DNA of 63,868 nt, counting the filler, from Licmophora abbreviata (taxonomy: Eukaryota), in assembly GCA_900291995.1 (NCBI GenBank). It is 13 parts of 13 records of this genome, joined end to end, with 100 filler letters (N's around TTAATTAATTAA, not from the genome) between each part and the next. Parts side by side here need not be neighbours in the genome. Positions count along the whole stretch, not along the records: positions 36,019 to 47,481 come from OLMU01003941.1; positions 47,582 to 59,489 come from OLMU01003943.1; 11 more parts are not named here. The stretch is one strand, 5' to 3'. The translations under genes and the position numbers were made by a program. Below the pieces are notes generated by a model, which did not search any database, was not told where the DNA came from, and saw only the letters and a list, made by a program, of their open reading frames with translations. Of the stretch, positions 46,628-57,543 are shown piece by piece (the stretch's first letter is position 1; each line of letters begins with the position of its first letter).

Positions 46628-47055
46628 ACTAGTACTAGCGGATGAAAGAACAGTCCTGCTGCTGCATTCTGCAACAGACTACAGTATCTGGCACCGAAGA
46701 GTCGCGAAAGTCCAGCATAATGAGAAGCATTTTGTCCCAGATTGGCTTGATGCCACCTCGCACTAGCATCGTCGTCAATGACCAAGAGCATGTCCAGCAT
46801 CGGAAGTGTTTGTGGCGTTGTGACGCCTTGCTGCTGCTGCTGCTGAGAAAAGACTCCAGATCCATACCCAATGGCGTATAGGACTGGAGGAAAGCTGTCG
46901 ACAATGATGCGGCGGAGTTCGTCGTGGTGCGTGAGCTGTCCGTCCGGGACGGTGGAGACGGATGATGTCGTCGTACTCGAAAGCCGTCGATACGAATGCT
47001 GGAGGCGGGGAAGAATGGAATGCTTCATCCTGGAGAGGAATGTGTTTCTCGTCAT
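45796..47055 (-). CDS. TAM41: Mitochondrial phosphatidate cytidylyltransferase Tam41/Mmp37
   Basis: AIGYGSGVF.Q, MLD, IKYGVV, DLEDWTYLYLAGRMHKP, LSYAGDVRM..GEDPDK, QTAKGLLTAG..KS..YA..K. Mitochondrial presequence. Confidence 0.93.
46552..46626 (+). repeat. (TGA)~25 microsatellite, read as (TCA)n poly-Ser inside TAM41
   Basis: Perfect trinucleotide run, in frame on the minus strand. Confidence 0.96.
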
Positions 47056-47330
47056 CTTCTTGTTTTGTTCGCATCCATCTCAGCAGAGGGCGTGACACGG
47101 CATAAACACACCGCCATGGTGGATGGCATCATGCGGCTTTCTAGCCAGGACGAGAAGGAATTTGGAATTCCATAAAATGAGATATTGGTGCCAGTTTGAT
47201 TGGATTCAGTCGCGCGCGCGCAATGCATTTCAACCCCGCCGGGCTTTTATCTGTATGCAAGTATATATATGACTAATTCGAATACATGGCCACCGAGAAT
47301 TTCTTGCACAGCACACAGTCTGTAGAGACC

Positions 47331-47481
47331 ATGATGGCGACGACAAGCGAGAGCAACGACGGCGACCCTGGGACGCTCGAAGGCCAAGAGGAACGACATG
47401 TCCATTGGAAGGCATCTCCCGTGATGGACAAAGAGAATGTAAATTACTCACAGGCCTTCCAGACGCCGAACCAGGAGAATC
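47331..47481 (+). CDS. Possible N-terminus of a gene truncated by the linker gap
   Basis: Open frame MMATTSESND...HVHWKASPVMDKENV...TPNQEN runs into the gap, divergent from TAM41. KEN and SP/TP motifs only. Confidence 0.35.
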
Positions 47482-48415
47482 NNNNNNNNNNNNNNNNNNN
47501 NNNNNNNNNNNNNNNNNNNNNNNNNTTAATTAATTAANNNNNNNNNNNNNNNNNNNNNNNNNNNNNNNNNNNNNNNNNNNNACTGGGTGATACTATGATT
47601 GCTTGAAGCGTTTTGATATAAGCAATATGATAAATGTGGACCGAGAGAAAGATGTATTTTACAGGTACTCCAACCATAGACGCTGAAATCCGGTTAGCAA
47701 AGTAGTGTTCCCTAGGACGACGACGGTTACGGAAAACTTGCTAAGAAGAGTAGTAACCGTCTTCAGTGCCAGCCCAGAAGGCAGGAACAGAAGAGGTTCG
47801 AGGGACCGGCTGAGGGTGGTTTAGCTGTTGTATCCGCTTGTGTGACGCGGACAAGGAACGGTCTTCGACGCTACCGTAGATATCTTCGACTCTCTTGCTT
47901 GGGTGACCCTTTTGCAATAGAGAAGGGAAAAGGCTAGTTAAGGCGTAGCAAAGGGCCAAAATCTGTCTGCTCAAGTCTATGTTAGTCTATAGATAGTACG
48001 TAGGCGTAGTTTGAAGATGACACGAAACGGCATTTGAAGAATAGTTCGACTCACTCGACGCATTTCCAAACACACACATTGACCTTTTGACTCACTCCAC
48101 GACACCACATCACGACGATTCGCACTTGCCTCCTCTCAGTCCACCTTCCCGCTCTTCTGTCTATCAGAGAGCTTGAAACGCCAAGCTACCATTGTGTCGA
48201 ACAACACAGATCGTTTCTACGACATATCACGATTCCAGTTGGCTCATCTCGAAACTCTCAGGTAGGATACGGAAATCAGATGCCGTACGAGCTTCAAGAC
48301 TCCGATGTTGGACAGATCGTTTTTTTAGTTGGAGAATTCAACGTGATCCCTTGTCTGCGTCAAATGCTATTGCATGGTCGAAACAAATTCAAATGATCTG
48401 ACGGCTTTGCACGAG

Positions 48416-50923
48416 TCAACCTTTGACCAAGATTCGAGCTAACTCTTTCTGTAATACCTTCTTTTCGCATGGAAACGGCTTGAACATAAACGAGTCAGAT
48501 CCAGCGTCCTGAAAAGAGTCTTCCATGTCATTTGCGCTCAGCCCGCAAATAACGCTCGAAACCCCCTTGGCTCGCAAAGCACGAACAGTCTCGGTTCCCA
48601 GCAGTTGCTTGTTAACCGACGCCATGTACTGATCAATGAAAATCAAGTCAAAGTCTTTAGACTCCACCAAACGCAGCGCCGCCTCTCCGTTTGCCGCTTC
48701 TTGTAACGTCCAAGTGGGACAGACTCGTTTCAGGGATCGGTGGAACATCTTTCGCAAGACCAAATCATCGTCTACAAACATCACGGAGAGTGCTTCTGGA
48801 AGGGCTTGCTCCGAATCTTCGTTCGACGCATCCTTCTCACTCTCTTCGAGTTGCATGTTCGGGTCACAGGACGGTCCACCATTCGCGTCGTCCGTCTCAA
48901 GTGACAGCGGCCCAACCTTGAGATCTAGGACAAATCCACTCCCTGGGTAGCCTTCAACGCCACTATCGTATGTCTCGTCCAGCCAGATATCGCCTCCCAT
49001 GAGATCTGTCAGATGTTTACAAAGACATAAGCCAATACCAGTCCCTTGGTTCAACAAATCGAGACTCTCTTGAAACTTGGCAAAGAGCTGTCCGCGCTTC
49101 TCTGTAGGTATGCCCGGGCCTGAGTCTTCCACAAAAATCATCACGTTGTTGTCGTTTACAGTCGCACGCAGTCGAATAAAACCGTACTCTACAAACTTGG
49201 ATGAGTTGACCGCCAGATTCAATACGATCTGCTTGAGCCTCAAACGGTCCGACTCAACCACAAGATTTGACGGACAGTCTACATCCACCTTCACCCTATT
49301 CCCTCGTAAGTACAAGACAGCGGCGACAGGCTCAAAGACATCGCGGAGAATATCAGTCGGGGCCATGGTGATCTTCATAAGTTTGCTGGCGGCTCGGTGC
49401 ATATCCAGCATGTTTCGAAGTAGCTCGTTAATGAACTGAAGACTAGCTTCAATGATGGTGATATCGTCTCGAAGGGATTCTTGGATGGAACTGTCGTCTC
49501 CAGTATTGCGAGTCGCCGCGGAAACGAAGGAGAGCGCCGCCATTGCTGATGACAACGGATTGCGCACTTCGTGGGCAATATATTCGTTCAATTGTCGCTC
49601 AGCCGCTGCCTGTTGTCGTGCTGTGTCTACAATAAAAGTCGCTTTTTCTTGTTCACCCTGTGCCATGCTTTGATTCAATTTCATGATTCTAGAAAACGAT
49701 ATGGCCAGAACCATCGTCGAGAAGAGAGTGATTGCCGCGATCAAGACTGTATTTAGAATGTCCGGCTGGAAGGTACCGTCAACCGACACGACGGCAATCG
49801 TCCACACGCGATCGGCGATTTCAACCGTACGGCGTACGATGTGAGCATTTGACTTCAGAGGCAAGTCAGTCAGTTTTGTCTCTCGTAGTATTTCGAGCCG
49901 CTCGACGCCTCCCGTATCCTTGCTGTGCACCGTGGCGGCTCCCAGAAACACGTCCTCTTCCTCGTTACTCGAGTCGTAAATATATACCTGTTTCGTTGCG
50001 GTAGCAAAGTAAGCGGCACGATGAATGAGCGCCGGGATGCGAATAACCATGAGTGACATGTCAACCGGCGCCGTGAGGTCGGGGCGAGTGGAGAGCTTCA
50101 ACCCAGGATGGTGTAGCACAATAGAATATGAATAAGGATGCGTTTCCTGGACGAGTCGTAGTCGATTGGAAAGAGCTGGTTTCCATGTCGACGTCGCTCG
50201 TTCAATGGTGTTTCGCTGTGAAGGGACGCTGCCGTACAAGTCAAGGTGGATCGCCGCCTCATTCCCAACGACCGGTTCCACATAGTGTATTGGAAAGTAG
50301 AAGGGCTCAGCTCCATGCGCAGAGACGGAAAGTTCTCCCTCTGGCTGGTCTTGTTCGAGCCCTACGAAACCTCGATAGTTAACATGCGGATAGTTGTCTT
50401 CGTAGAATTCTCGAGCTTCCGCCTCGACGGCCGAACGGTCGACGTGAGTGACATTTGGAACAAATTGTGCCGACTGAAAGTCTAGTCCCATACTGACAAT
50501 ATACTCATAGAGCTCTCGAAACTCTTGTCGACTGCAGATTCCAAGTAGCGTGTGGTTGTTTGCAGGCTTGTAACGACAAGACTCATGAATCCATAGTCCA
50601 TACAGCTCGTATCCCGCCCAGGCATCCTGAACCGCCGTTGTAAAGTCCCTCGACACGAGATCGAAGAGTTCAGTCTGCTCCCGTCTGGCTTGAACGATCC
50701 CCAAAGTCAGAAAGACCCCACTCGTGAAGCAGCCAGTCAAGAGAATAAGCGACGTGTAAAAGAAGCGGCGACGACGAGACTGATGGAGGCGTGTGTCACG
50801 GTTGGAGCAAACATCAGGAACAGTGTCCGGCGTTGATTCGAAATGTAAACTGCTGGTGCTTGTCATGCCGGTATTCTTTGGACGATCCGTGGAGTGACTC
50901 GTCGCTTCGTCTGCATTGGTCAT
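48416..50923 (-). CDS. Hybrid sensor histidine kinase: TM-CHASE-TM-HisKA-HATPase-REC
   Basis: CHASE (YFPIHYVEPVVGNEAAIHLDL...RLVQE), AHEVRNPL, QIVLNLAVNSSKF, DSGPGI, GTGIGL, receiver FVDDD...IDQYM...FKPF. First ATG at 50923. Confidence 0.93.
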   Translation of the reverse strand: MTNADEATSHSTDRPKNTGMTSTSSLHFESTPDTVPDVCSNRDTRLHQSRRRRFFYTSLILLTGCFTSGVFLTLGIVQARREQTELFDLVSRDFTTAVQDAWAGYELYGLWIHESCRYKPANNHTLLGICSRQEFRELYEYIVSMGLDFQSAQFVPNVTHVDRSAVEAEAREFYEDNYPHVNYRGFVGLEQDQPEGELSVSAHGAEPFYFPIHYVEPVVGNEAAIHLDLYGSVPSQRNTIERATSTWKPALSNRLRLVQETHPYSYSIVLHHPGLKLSTRPDLTAPVDMSLMVIRIPALIHRAAYFATATKQVYIYDSSNEEEDVFLGAATVHSKDTGGVERLEILRETKLTDLPLKSNAHIVRRTVEIADRVWTIAVVSVDGTFQPDILNTVLIAAITLFSTMVLAISFSRIMKLNQSMAQGEQEKATFIVDTARQQAAAERQLNEYIAHEVRNPLSSAMAALSFVSAATRNTGDDSSIQESLRDDITIIEASLQFINELLRNMLDMHRAASKLMKITMAPTDILRDVFEPVAAVLYLRGNRVKVDVDCPSNLVVESDRLRLKQIVLNLAVNSSKFVEYGFIRLRATVNDNNVMIFVEDSGPGIPTEKRGQLFAKFQESLDLLNQGTGIGLCLCKHLTDLMGGDIWLDETYDSGVEGYPGSGFVLDLKVGPLSLETDDANGGPSCDPNMQLEESEKDASNEDSEQALPEALSVMFVDDDLVLRKMFHRSLKRVCPTWTLQEAANGEAALRLVESKDFDLIFIDQYMASVNKQLLGTETVRALRAKGVSSVICGLSANDMEDSFQDAGSDSFMFKPFPCEKKVLQKELARILVKG

Positions 50924-51286
50924 TGACTCCTTCAGGTCGCAAATTGTACGTGGGAGAGTAGCAGAGGGGTCGAGTGCTATCGCAGCAGCAGCACTCTGTT
51001 CAACAATGGTGGCCGTGAGCAATGTGGGGGCAACAGGGACCTGTTTTCTGTTTTGGCAGTTGTTCTTTGCATTTTACGATTGATGGCTTGGAGAGTGCGC
51101 GAGTATGCGCGCAGTTGACGCTCCAAGACTTTTTCTGATTCCGCGCCGTGCGCGCGCGGAGAAAAAGACGAGAGACAAATCCAATTTCAATCTCAAACTT
51201 GGTCGTAGCTACAGCTAAAAGTCGGTGTTGAGATCGACGTTATTGCCTTAGAGTATTGGTTTTGCACCACCGCAGACGGAAATACA

Positions 51287-52802
51287 ATGGTCATTGAGTC
51301 AGATAGAGACATGAAGATCTACGATGTCACGGTACGTGCTGAAAGCGCTCAAATTTCCCAAATTTGGAATGTGAAATCTTTCTCCGTCCTCGTGACTCAT
51401 GCAATGACCCGCCGACGCTTCACTACTCGTTCAGGTCTTGGATCCCCAGACGCATGGAGAAGGTCGCAACATGACCACGACGTACAGGGTTGACGTGGTT
51501 TCTTCCGTCAAGAACAGCACAGCTTACATTCGTCGTCGCTACAGTGACTTTCAGTGGCTCTACCATCGTCTCAACACAGAACGCCCCGGAAGTATGCTGC
51601 CCATGATTCCACACAAGCGGGCTCTCACACTCGAAGCGAGGTTCAGCGAGGAACTCATTACGGAACGATGCGGGCAGCTACAAAAGTTCCTGCAAGACGT
51701 CGTCGCCAATCCCGAAGTCACGCATGACTCGATCCCTCCCAGTCTCACTGTATTTCTATCCTACGAAGGGGCGGAAGCATTTGAAGAGGCCAAGAAGGAA
51801 CTGGAACGGATGAATCCCAACACATCGTCCGAGGGAGACGTGGAACGTATGATGGGCGGCGAAGGAAAGGCGGTTGGAACCAAAGTCCGAAATCTCTTGG
51901 CGCGGGGTGTCGTTGCGGCCCAAGTCATGGGTGGGAACGCCGAGCTGGAAATTACTGAAGACGAACATGAAATTGAAACCATGGTAAAGTATGTCGACAA
52001 TATGGAAGCATACATTAAGGGACTTGTAACTGCCGCGGCGGCTTTGGTCAAATCTACCAAGGACTCGGCGTTGGGCTTGACTGAGTTCAGTGAATCATCC
52101 TTTGGTTGGCTGGTAGCCCACCGCGAACGCTTTTGTCCGACGACTTCCAATGAGACTGTTGAAACTTTCCGCAAGGTGAGCGAGTTTGCCAAATACGCCT
52201 CGAAAATGCAAAGTGACAAGGCCAAGAATGAAGCAGAAGCCTTTGAGCAGTCCCTGCAGGATGTTCAGCGTCGTGTCTTGGCGGCCAAGGTTGCACTTGC
52301 CAAACGAAAGGAATATCAGCTCACATACACGACGCGCGTCAAACAAGTCGAGAATCGCAAGGGTACGTTGGCAAAGCTGCGTGTGAACGCTCGAGGTGTC
52401 AAGATCCAGCAGGGTGAGGTTGAACTTCGCTCGGCGCAGAAGGAGGCTGACAAGGCCAAGCAAGCCTTGGAGGTCGTCACCAAGCGTGTCTTGAGCGAGA
52501 TGGATCGAGTTCAGAAGGGACTTGACGATCAAGTCAAGGAAGCTGTGGCCGAGTATGCGCGTGTGCAGGTGGAAACCTCCAAACGATCTGAGGAGGCGTG
52601 GAGCAAGTTCATCCCACACGTGAAAGCACAAGATACCAACGGACATGGGCCACCGCCGCTAGCGGCGCCGCCGGCGCCTCCTTCGGAAGACGCGTTGTTG
52701 CATCCAATGAACGGTGACTCTGCCGCTCCCGAAGATCCATTCGCTAACGCCCCTGTTCCAACGCTGGAAGCTGAACAGGATTTGGAAATCGTCGGCATCT
52801 AG
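51287..52802 (+). CDS. Sorting nexin, PX-BAR (SNX1/Vps5-like)
   Basis: PX RRRYSDFQWL..L...PG...P.IP.K...ERCGQLQKFL, followed by a coiled-coil BAR. Intron 51332-51434. Confidence 0.88.
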
Positions 52803-52994
52803 AGAAAAATCAGTTGATCCACCCCTTGCAGTGACATTTTACGTAGAGGCGTTGGGCACTACGTGATCGGTGCTATGGTATAGTAGCGTCGTCTTGTCCG
52901 CGCATGTGTTTAGAACGCTAATGAGAATCTCGTTAGAACCTTTCAATACATGCCTATCTCTAGTCTTTGATTGTGCTGCACCAACGAGAAGAAG

Positions 52995-54513
52995 CTAGCC
53001 GGTCACCTTTGTAATGATACCCGTGCCCACAGTTCGTCCACCCTCACGCATATTGAAGCGAAGACCAGGCTCAGCAGCGATAGGTGTGATGAGCTCCATG
53101 TCCAGTGTAACATTGTCTCCCGGCATGACCATTTCAGTTCCCTCTTTCAAGGTCAAGTCTCCCGTAACATCGGCAGTTCGAAAAAAGAACTGAGGACGAT
53201 AATGCGAGAAGAAGGGCGTATGACGACCGCCCTCGTCTTTCGATAGAGCATAGACTTCCGCTTCAAACTTCTTACCCGTAGAGACAGTGCCCGGCTTTGC
53301 AAGTACTTGTCCACGGGTGACATCTTCTCGCTTCAATCCACGCAATAGACATCCGACATTGTCACCCGCCATGCCATAGTCCAGCAGCTTCTTGAACATT
53401 TCTACCCCAGTGCACGTCGTCTTTTGATCATTGCCCAAACCGACCACCTCAAGATCATCTCCCACGTCGACGCGTCCCTGCTGGACACGGCCCGTCACAA
53501 CTGTACCACGCCCGGCAATCGAAAAGACATCCTCAATAGGCATCAAGAAAGGCTTGTCCAAATCGCGAGTTGGCTCGGGAATATGTTCATCACATGCCGC
53601 CATGAGCTCCAAAACTTTGGCTTCTCCCATCTCTGGATTCTTTCCTTCCGCTGCGGAAAGCGCCGATCCACGAATAATGGGGGTGTTGTCTCCATCAAAC
53701 TCGTAGAAGTCGAGCATCTCTCGAACTTCCATTTCCACTAACTCTAGCAACTCTTCATCGTCGACCAAATCGCATTTATTCAAAAAGACAACAAGCGATG
53801 GGATTCCGACCTGTTTGGCAAGGAGAATATGCTCGCGTGTCTGAGGCATGGGTCCGTCCGTGGCGGCAACGACCAAGATTCCTCCGTCCATTTGCGCTGC
53901 ACCAGTAATCATATTTTTCACGTAATCTGCGTGACCGGGGCTGTTGCAATAGATAGAATGGTCAGTGTGAACTCTCACTCAGAAGACAGAGTCCTCAGTA
54001 CAGAGCAATCAGTCTTGAAATACGACGTCTTACCAATCAATATGTCCGTAGTGACGATTCTCCGTTTCATACTCAATGTGGGAGGTATTGATGGTGATTT
54101 TTCGCGCCTTTTCCTCGGGAGCCTTGTCGATATCTTCGTAGCTCATACTTTCGCTCCAGCCCTTTTCGCTGAGTACCCTGGTAATTGCCTGGGTAAGGGT
54201 GGTTTTACCGTGATCGACATGGCCAATGGTTCCGATGTTGACGTGAGGCTTGGCGCGACTGAACTTGTCTGTAGCGAAGGCTCGAAGCACCATCAGCCGA
54301 GCCGAGGGAGAGTTCAAGCGACTCCTACTGCCGGAAAGAAGAACCGTTGACTGCAGAATGGGAGAAGAGACATGTAAGATATTAGGTAGCCAAGTTCACT
54401 AGAATCAATCATGATGGGGCGTGGGAAGTTCACGAAAATTCGACAGAAAGTCTCAAATTTCGATTCTCCGCTATCAGATTCATCAAGGCAGCAAACAGAC
54501 TACTTACCATCAT
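52995..54513 (-). CDS. TUFM: Elongation factor Tu, mitochondrial
   Basis: [39 protein letters not shown]. Exon 1 ATGATG (54513-54508), introns 54351-54507 and 53941-54033. Presequence [16 protein letters not shown]. Confidence 0.96.
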
Positions 54514-54824
54514 GGTGCCTTATCCAGAATTGCTCCTCTACGTTCCCAGTGTCAACAACGGCGATGACGGCGATGCTGTACGAATGCTCTTGCTTGTCGC
54601 ACAGGCAGCAGGCGCGTCTCTCTCCACCTCACTTTCTCTTGCCCAATTTTGTGCGGCTGGGAGGCATCCACTCATCCTGGGACTCCCGATTCCCCATTGA
54701 AGCTGGGTATCTTTTTCATCTCAACACGTCATCGCGAGACCGCCCATGGTGGGGCCACCACCGACGAGCACAGCAGGTATTCCTTCTCAGGTGAAAGCAA
54801 CACTCGAACAGTGACAAGAGAACA

Positions 54825-55346
54825 ATGATGATCAGGTTCCTCCTCAGCTGCGTTCTACTGAGCGCTGCGACGGGCTTTTCTCCCGTCGTCCAGTCTCGCC
54901 GTCGCACGTCTACTCAGACGCTCCGCATGGCGCCTCGGTTTGATCCCTCCTCACAACGCTGGGAACCCACCAGTGAAGAAGAAACGGCCGCATATGGCTA
55001 TGACTCTGTCAAAGCGCTGTTGAGGCATGGCCCCAAAGCCTTCCTCACCCGCACCTTCAAGCCAGACGAGTGGGAACAAGCGGTACTGAAATACTTGGCT
55101 ACTGCTGGGGACTGCGAAAATCGTCTCGAGGCCGAGGGCAACATGGATGCCTACATGGAGAATGCCCAGGATTGGGCGCTCAATCGATTTGAGAGCCAAA
55201 AAACGGGACGCAAAGTCGATTACACCACCCTGAACAACAGGCAGATTGTGCTTACGGTCGTTTGGAGTAGTATCGTGTTCTTTACCATTGGACGAGTTGT
55301 GGACGTGATTCAGAATGGAGGAAACTTTTGGGACTTTCTAGTCTGA
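54825..55346 (+). CDS. Plastid-targeted conserved hypothetical protein with C-terminal TM
   Basis: Signal peptide + ATG-FSP (ASAFAP-type) + transit peptide. Core HGPKAF..R...EQAVLKY...EAEGNMDAY.EN..DW. Confidence 0.8.
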   Translation: MMIRFLLSCVLLSAATGFSPVVQSRRRTSTQTLRMAPRFDPSSQRWEPTSEEETAAYGYDSVKALLRHGPKAFLTRTFKPDEWEQAVLKYLATAGDCENRLEAEGNMDAYMENAQDWALNRFESQKTGRKVDYTTLNNRQIVLTVVWSSIVFFTIGRVVDVIQNGGNFWDFLV

Positions 55347-55910
55347 ACAAGAGGAAAAGAGGGTGCTACAGGACTGAACGATGGTCGCACTTCCGTCTGA
55401 AGTTTGGTCGGTCGCATGAAGAAGTTCGAAAGAGGTCAACAGAGGGTATCGAGTAAAGACTGAACACAAAATTCAGATGGACTTTGCTAGAGATAACAAT
55501 CACGCTGCGTCTACTAGAGTGCCATCGTGCCAGTCCATTCTGTCAAGGAGACAGAGCAATACCGATGCCCCCCTTTCGTCCATCCATGGGACTGGTCCAC
55601 AGAAGTCGACGAATGAATGAGTGAGTGAGGAATCGAATGAATCAATCGGATTGTACAATCCGAGAGTCGAATGAGTCAGTCACACTCGCGAAGATGGCGT
55701 CTGTCGCTCGACGGCGCTCGATCGTCGGCGTCACAATCATGGCGTCATGTTGGTAACATACCGACTGTAGACGGCACCGATGATGCGGTTTTATGGCCCC
55801 AATCCGTCTGTGCGTCTAGGTTGATTGATTCTGTCGTCCTCGAAGGCTAACCGTGGCTCTGTTTGGTCCAGTCTGCTCCTGGAGATGCACACGAGAGCTG
55901 GAAGATCAAG

Positions 55911-57225
55911 ATGAGAGCGCATACGGTCTTCTCAGTCGTACGGGTACTCCTCCTAGTACTCGTGCTTTGGACTGGTGAACCGGTGCTTGCGAATTCATCT
56001 CTTACCCTCCGTGCTTCTATGATCGCTCCCACGCGTTCGAAAACGCCATAGTCTTTCAACCGTTGCTCGACTGCGAGGAGGATCAAGAGATGAGAGCGCC
56101 ATGGGTCCTGTTTTTGTCGGAACGATCTCAAGAGGCCTTCACAGGCTCTTCGGAAGCTCGCCCGTAACCGCCTGGCAGTACGCCGAGGAGGCCTTCAAGA
56201 TTTCGGACTTGACAGCCCTGTTAGCCTGGAGTTTTCTTCCTGATATTGCTCTGCGATCGCTGAGCAATCGAGTAGTAAACCGTACTCTACGTTCAAAGAA
56301 GCCCCTGGCCTTTGAGGATACGCCATACCTCTCCAAGATAAGCAAAATGATATGTCAGCTCGGTCAGTATGGCATCTTGGTATATTGCGCAGAACTTCTC
56401 ATGGTCTTTCTGGCAGGTCTCGGTGTCCCGGGGCTAGCGGATAAACCAAAACTTCTTGCTTCCTTTGTCTACGGATTCTGGTTCGCCAGGAATCTCAGCA
56501 AGTTGAAACGGCATTTGCTTGACCAATTGCTGATTACGGGCAGGTACCAGGCTCGCCAGATCGGATCCCGACGTGCGCTCTACAATCGCATGCTAGATGT
56601 TGTTATATACCTTATCACTACTTTACTCTTTCTCGATGCAAACGGCCTGGATGTCGGTGTCGCCATGACCTCGCTTTTGACACTAGGGGGTGTGTCTTCG
56701 GTCGTCGTTGGTCTGGCGCTTAAAGATCCAGTCACCGAGATTGCACAGGGAACATCAATCCTCTTCAGCGACAAGTGCTCTGTTGGCGATACAATACGTC
56801 TCAGCGATGGTACGATGGGACAAGTACTGGATATGCGTTGGACGGACGTCATGATGCGCGGACTCGACAACAGCTTCGTTCGCATACCCTATTCGCAGCT
56901 GGCAAAGTCGCGTGTGATTAACTACACGCGCATGCCCTTTTCGCAATTCTCACAAGAACTCAAACTCTCGAACCGAGGAGCGGACAATATTCTGCAACTG
57001 GTATCAGACATCAAGGGGGAGATTCAGTCGAGTTGTGGTCTTAGGTTGATGGACTCGCGCTCTCATCGCTTCAAAGTGCACTGGACGGGTCTCGACGGAG
57101 ACAAAGCTATTGTGACGGTAGAATGTCATTTTCGGATTCCTCGACTCAGCGACAGCTTCTGGGAAACCCGACAGGACGCTCTTGTGGCCATTTCTCGAGC
57201 CGTTGACAAGTACAACAACAAGTAG
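55911..57225 (+). CDS. MscS small-conductance mechanosensitive channel with N-terminal presequence; 1-nt frameshift near 56041
   Basis: LLTLGGVSSVVVGLALKD...GDTIRL...GQV...IPYSQL...NYTR. The upstream signal-peptide ORF (MRAHTVFSVVRVLLLVLVLW...VLA) joins by removing one A from AAAA at 56040-56043, giving ...ARLRGG.... The core ORF is 56101-57225. Confidence 0.85.
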
Positions 57226-57543
57226 GTGTGATGTCCAACTCTCTTGCCTCTGCCATTGAATTATCGGCCGCCGGCGGACCAATGCAAGCATAGAGGTGCA
57301 TGCAATTCAAGACTATGTAGCTACTTCAAATAGAATTGTTGAACGTACTCAACGAAGGAGCAAACGAGCTTGTACAGCACTTCATTGTGTTTCGGGTGCA
57401 TAATGTGGTCTACAGTTTGTTTGTGATACAGGTTTACATGAATCATGTGGTGCGCCGACGGCATGCGCTAGCAATTTGTCGTCTCCAATTTCCCCGGTCG
57501 TCAACACCGACTTTCCCAACAGATTTCAACATTCTCTCTCCGC

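Noticed and set aside
46554..46766. Poly-Met ORF
   Set aside because: Opposite-strand reading of the TAM41 (TCA)n tract.
47741..48030. Possible small spliced gene on the minus strand
   Set aside because: Trial splice joins give no coherent long frame or known motif.
52995..54513. EF-Tu, MscS, YjbQ and the histidine kinase as bacterial contamination
   Set aside because: Spliceosomal introns, organellar presequences and contiguous eukaryotic neighbours indicate nuclear genes.
55608..55682. GAAT/GAGT and (AGTC)n (about 40077-40099) tetranucleotide-like tracts as regulatory arrays
   Set aside because: Short degenerate low-complexity sequence with no supporting evidence of function.
55904..56099. 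Near-identical 17-19 nt direct repeat (gatcaag[ag]atgagagcgc) flanking the MscS presequence
   Set aside because: Short and imperfect, with no terminal inverted repeats or element between; insufficient for a target-site duplication.
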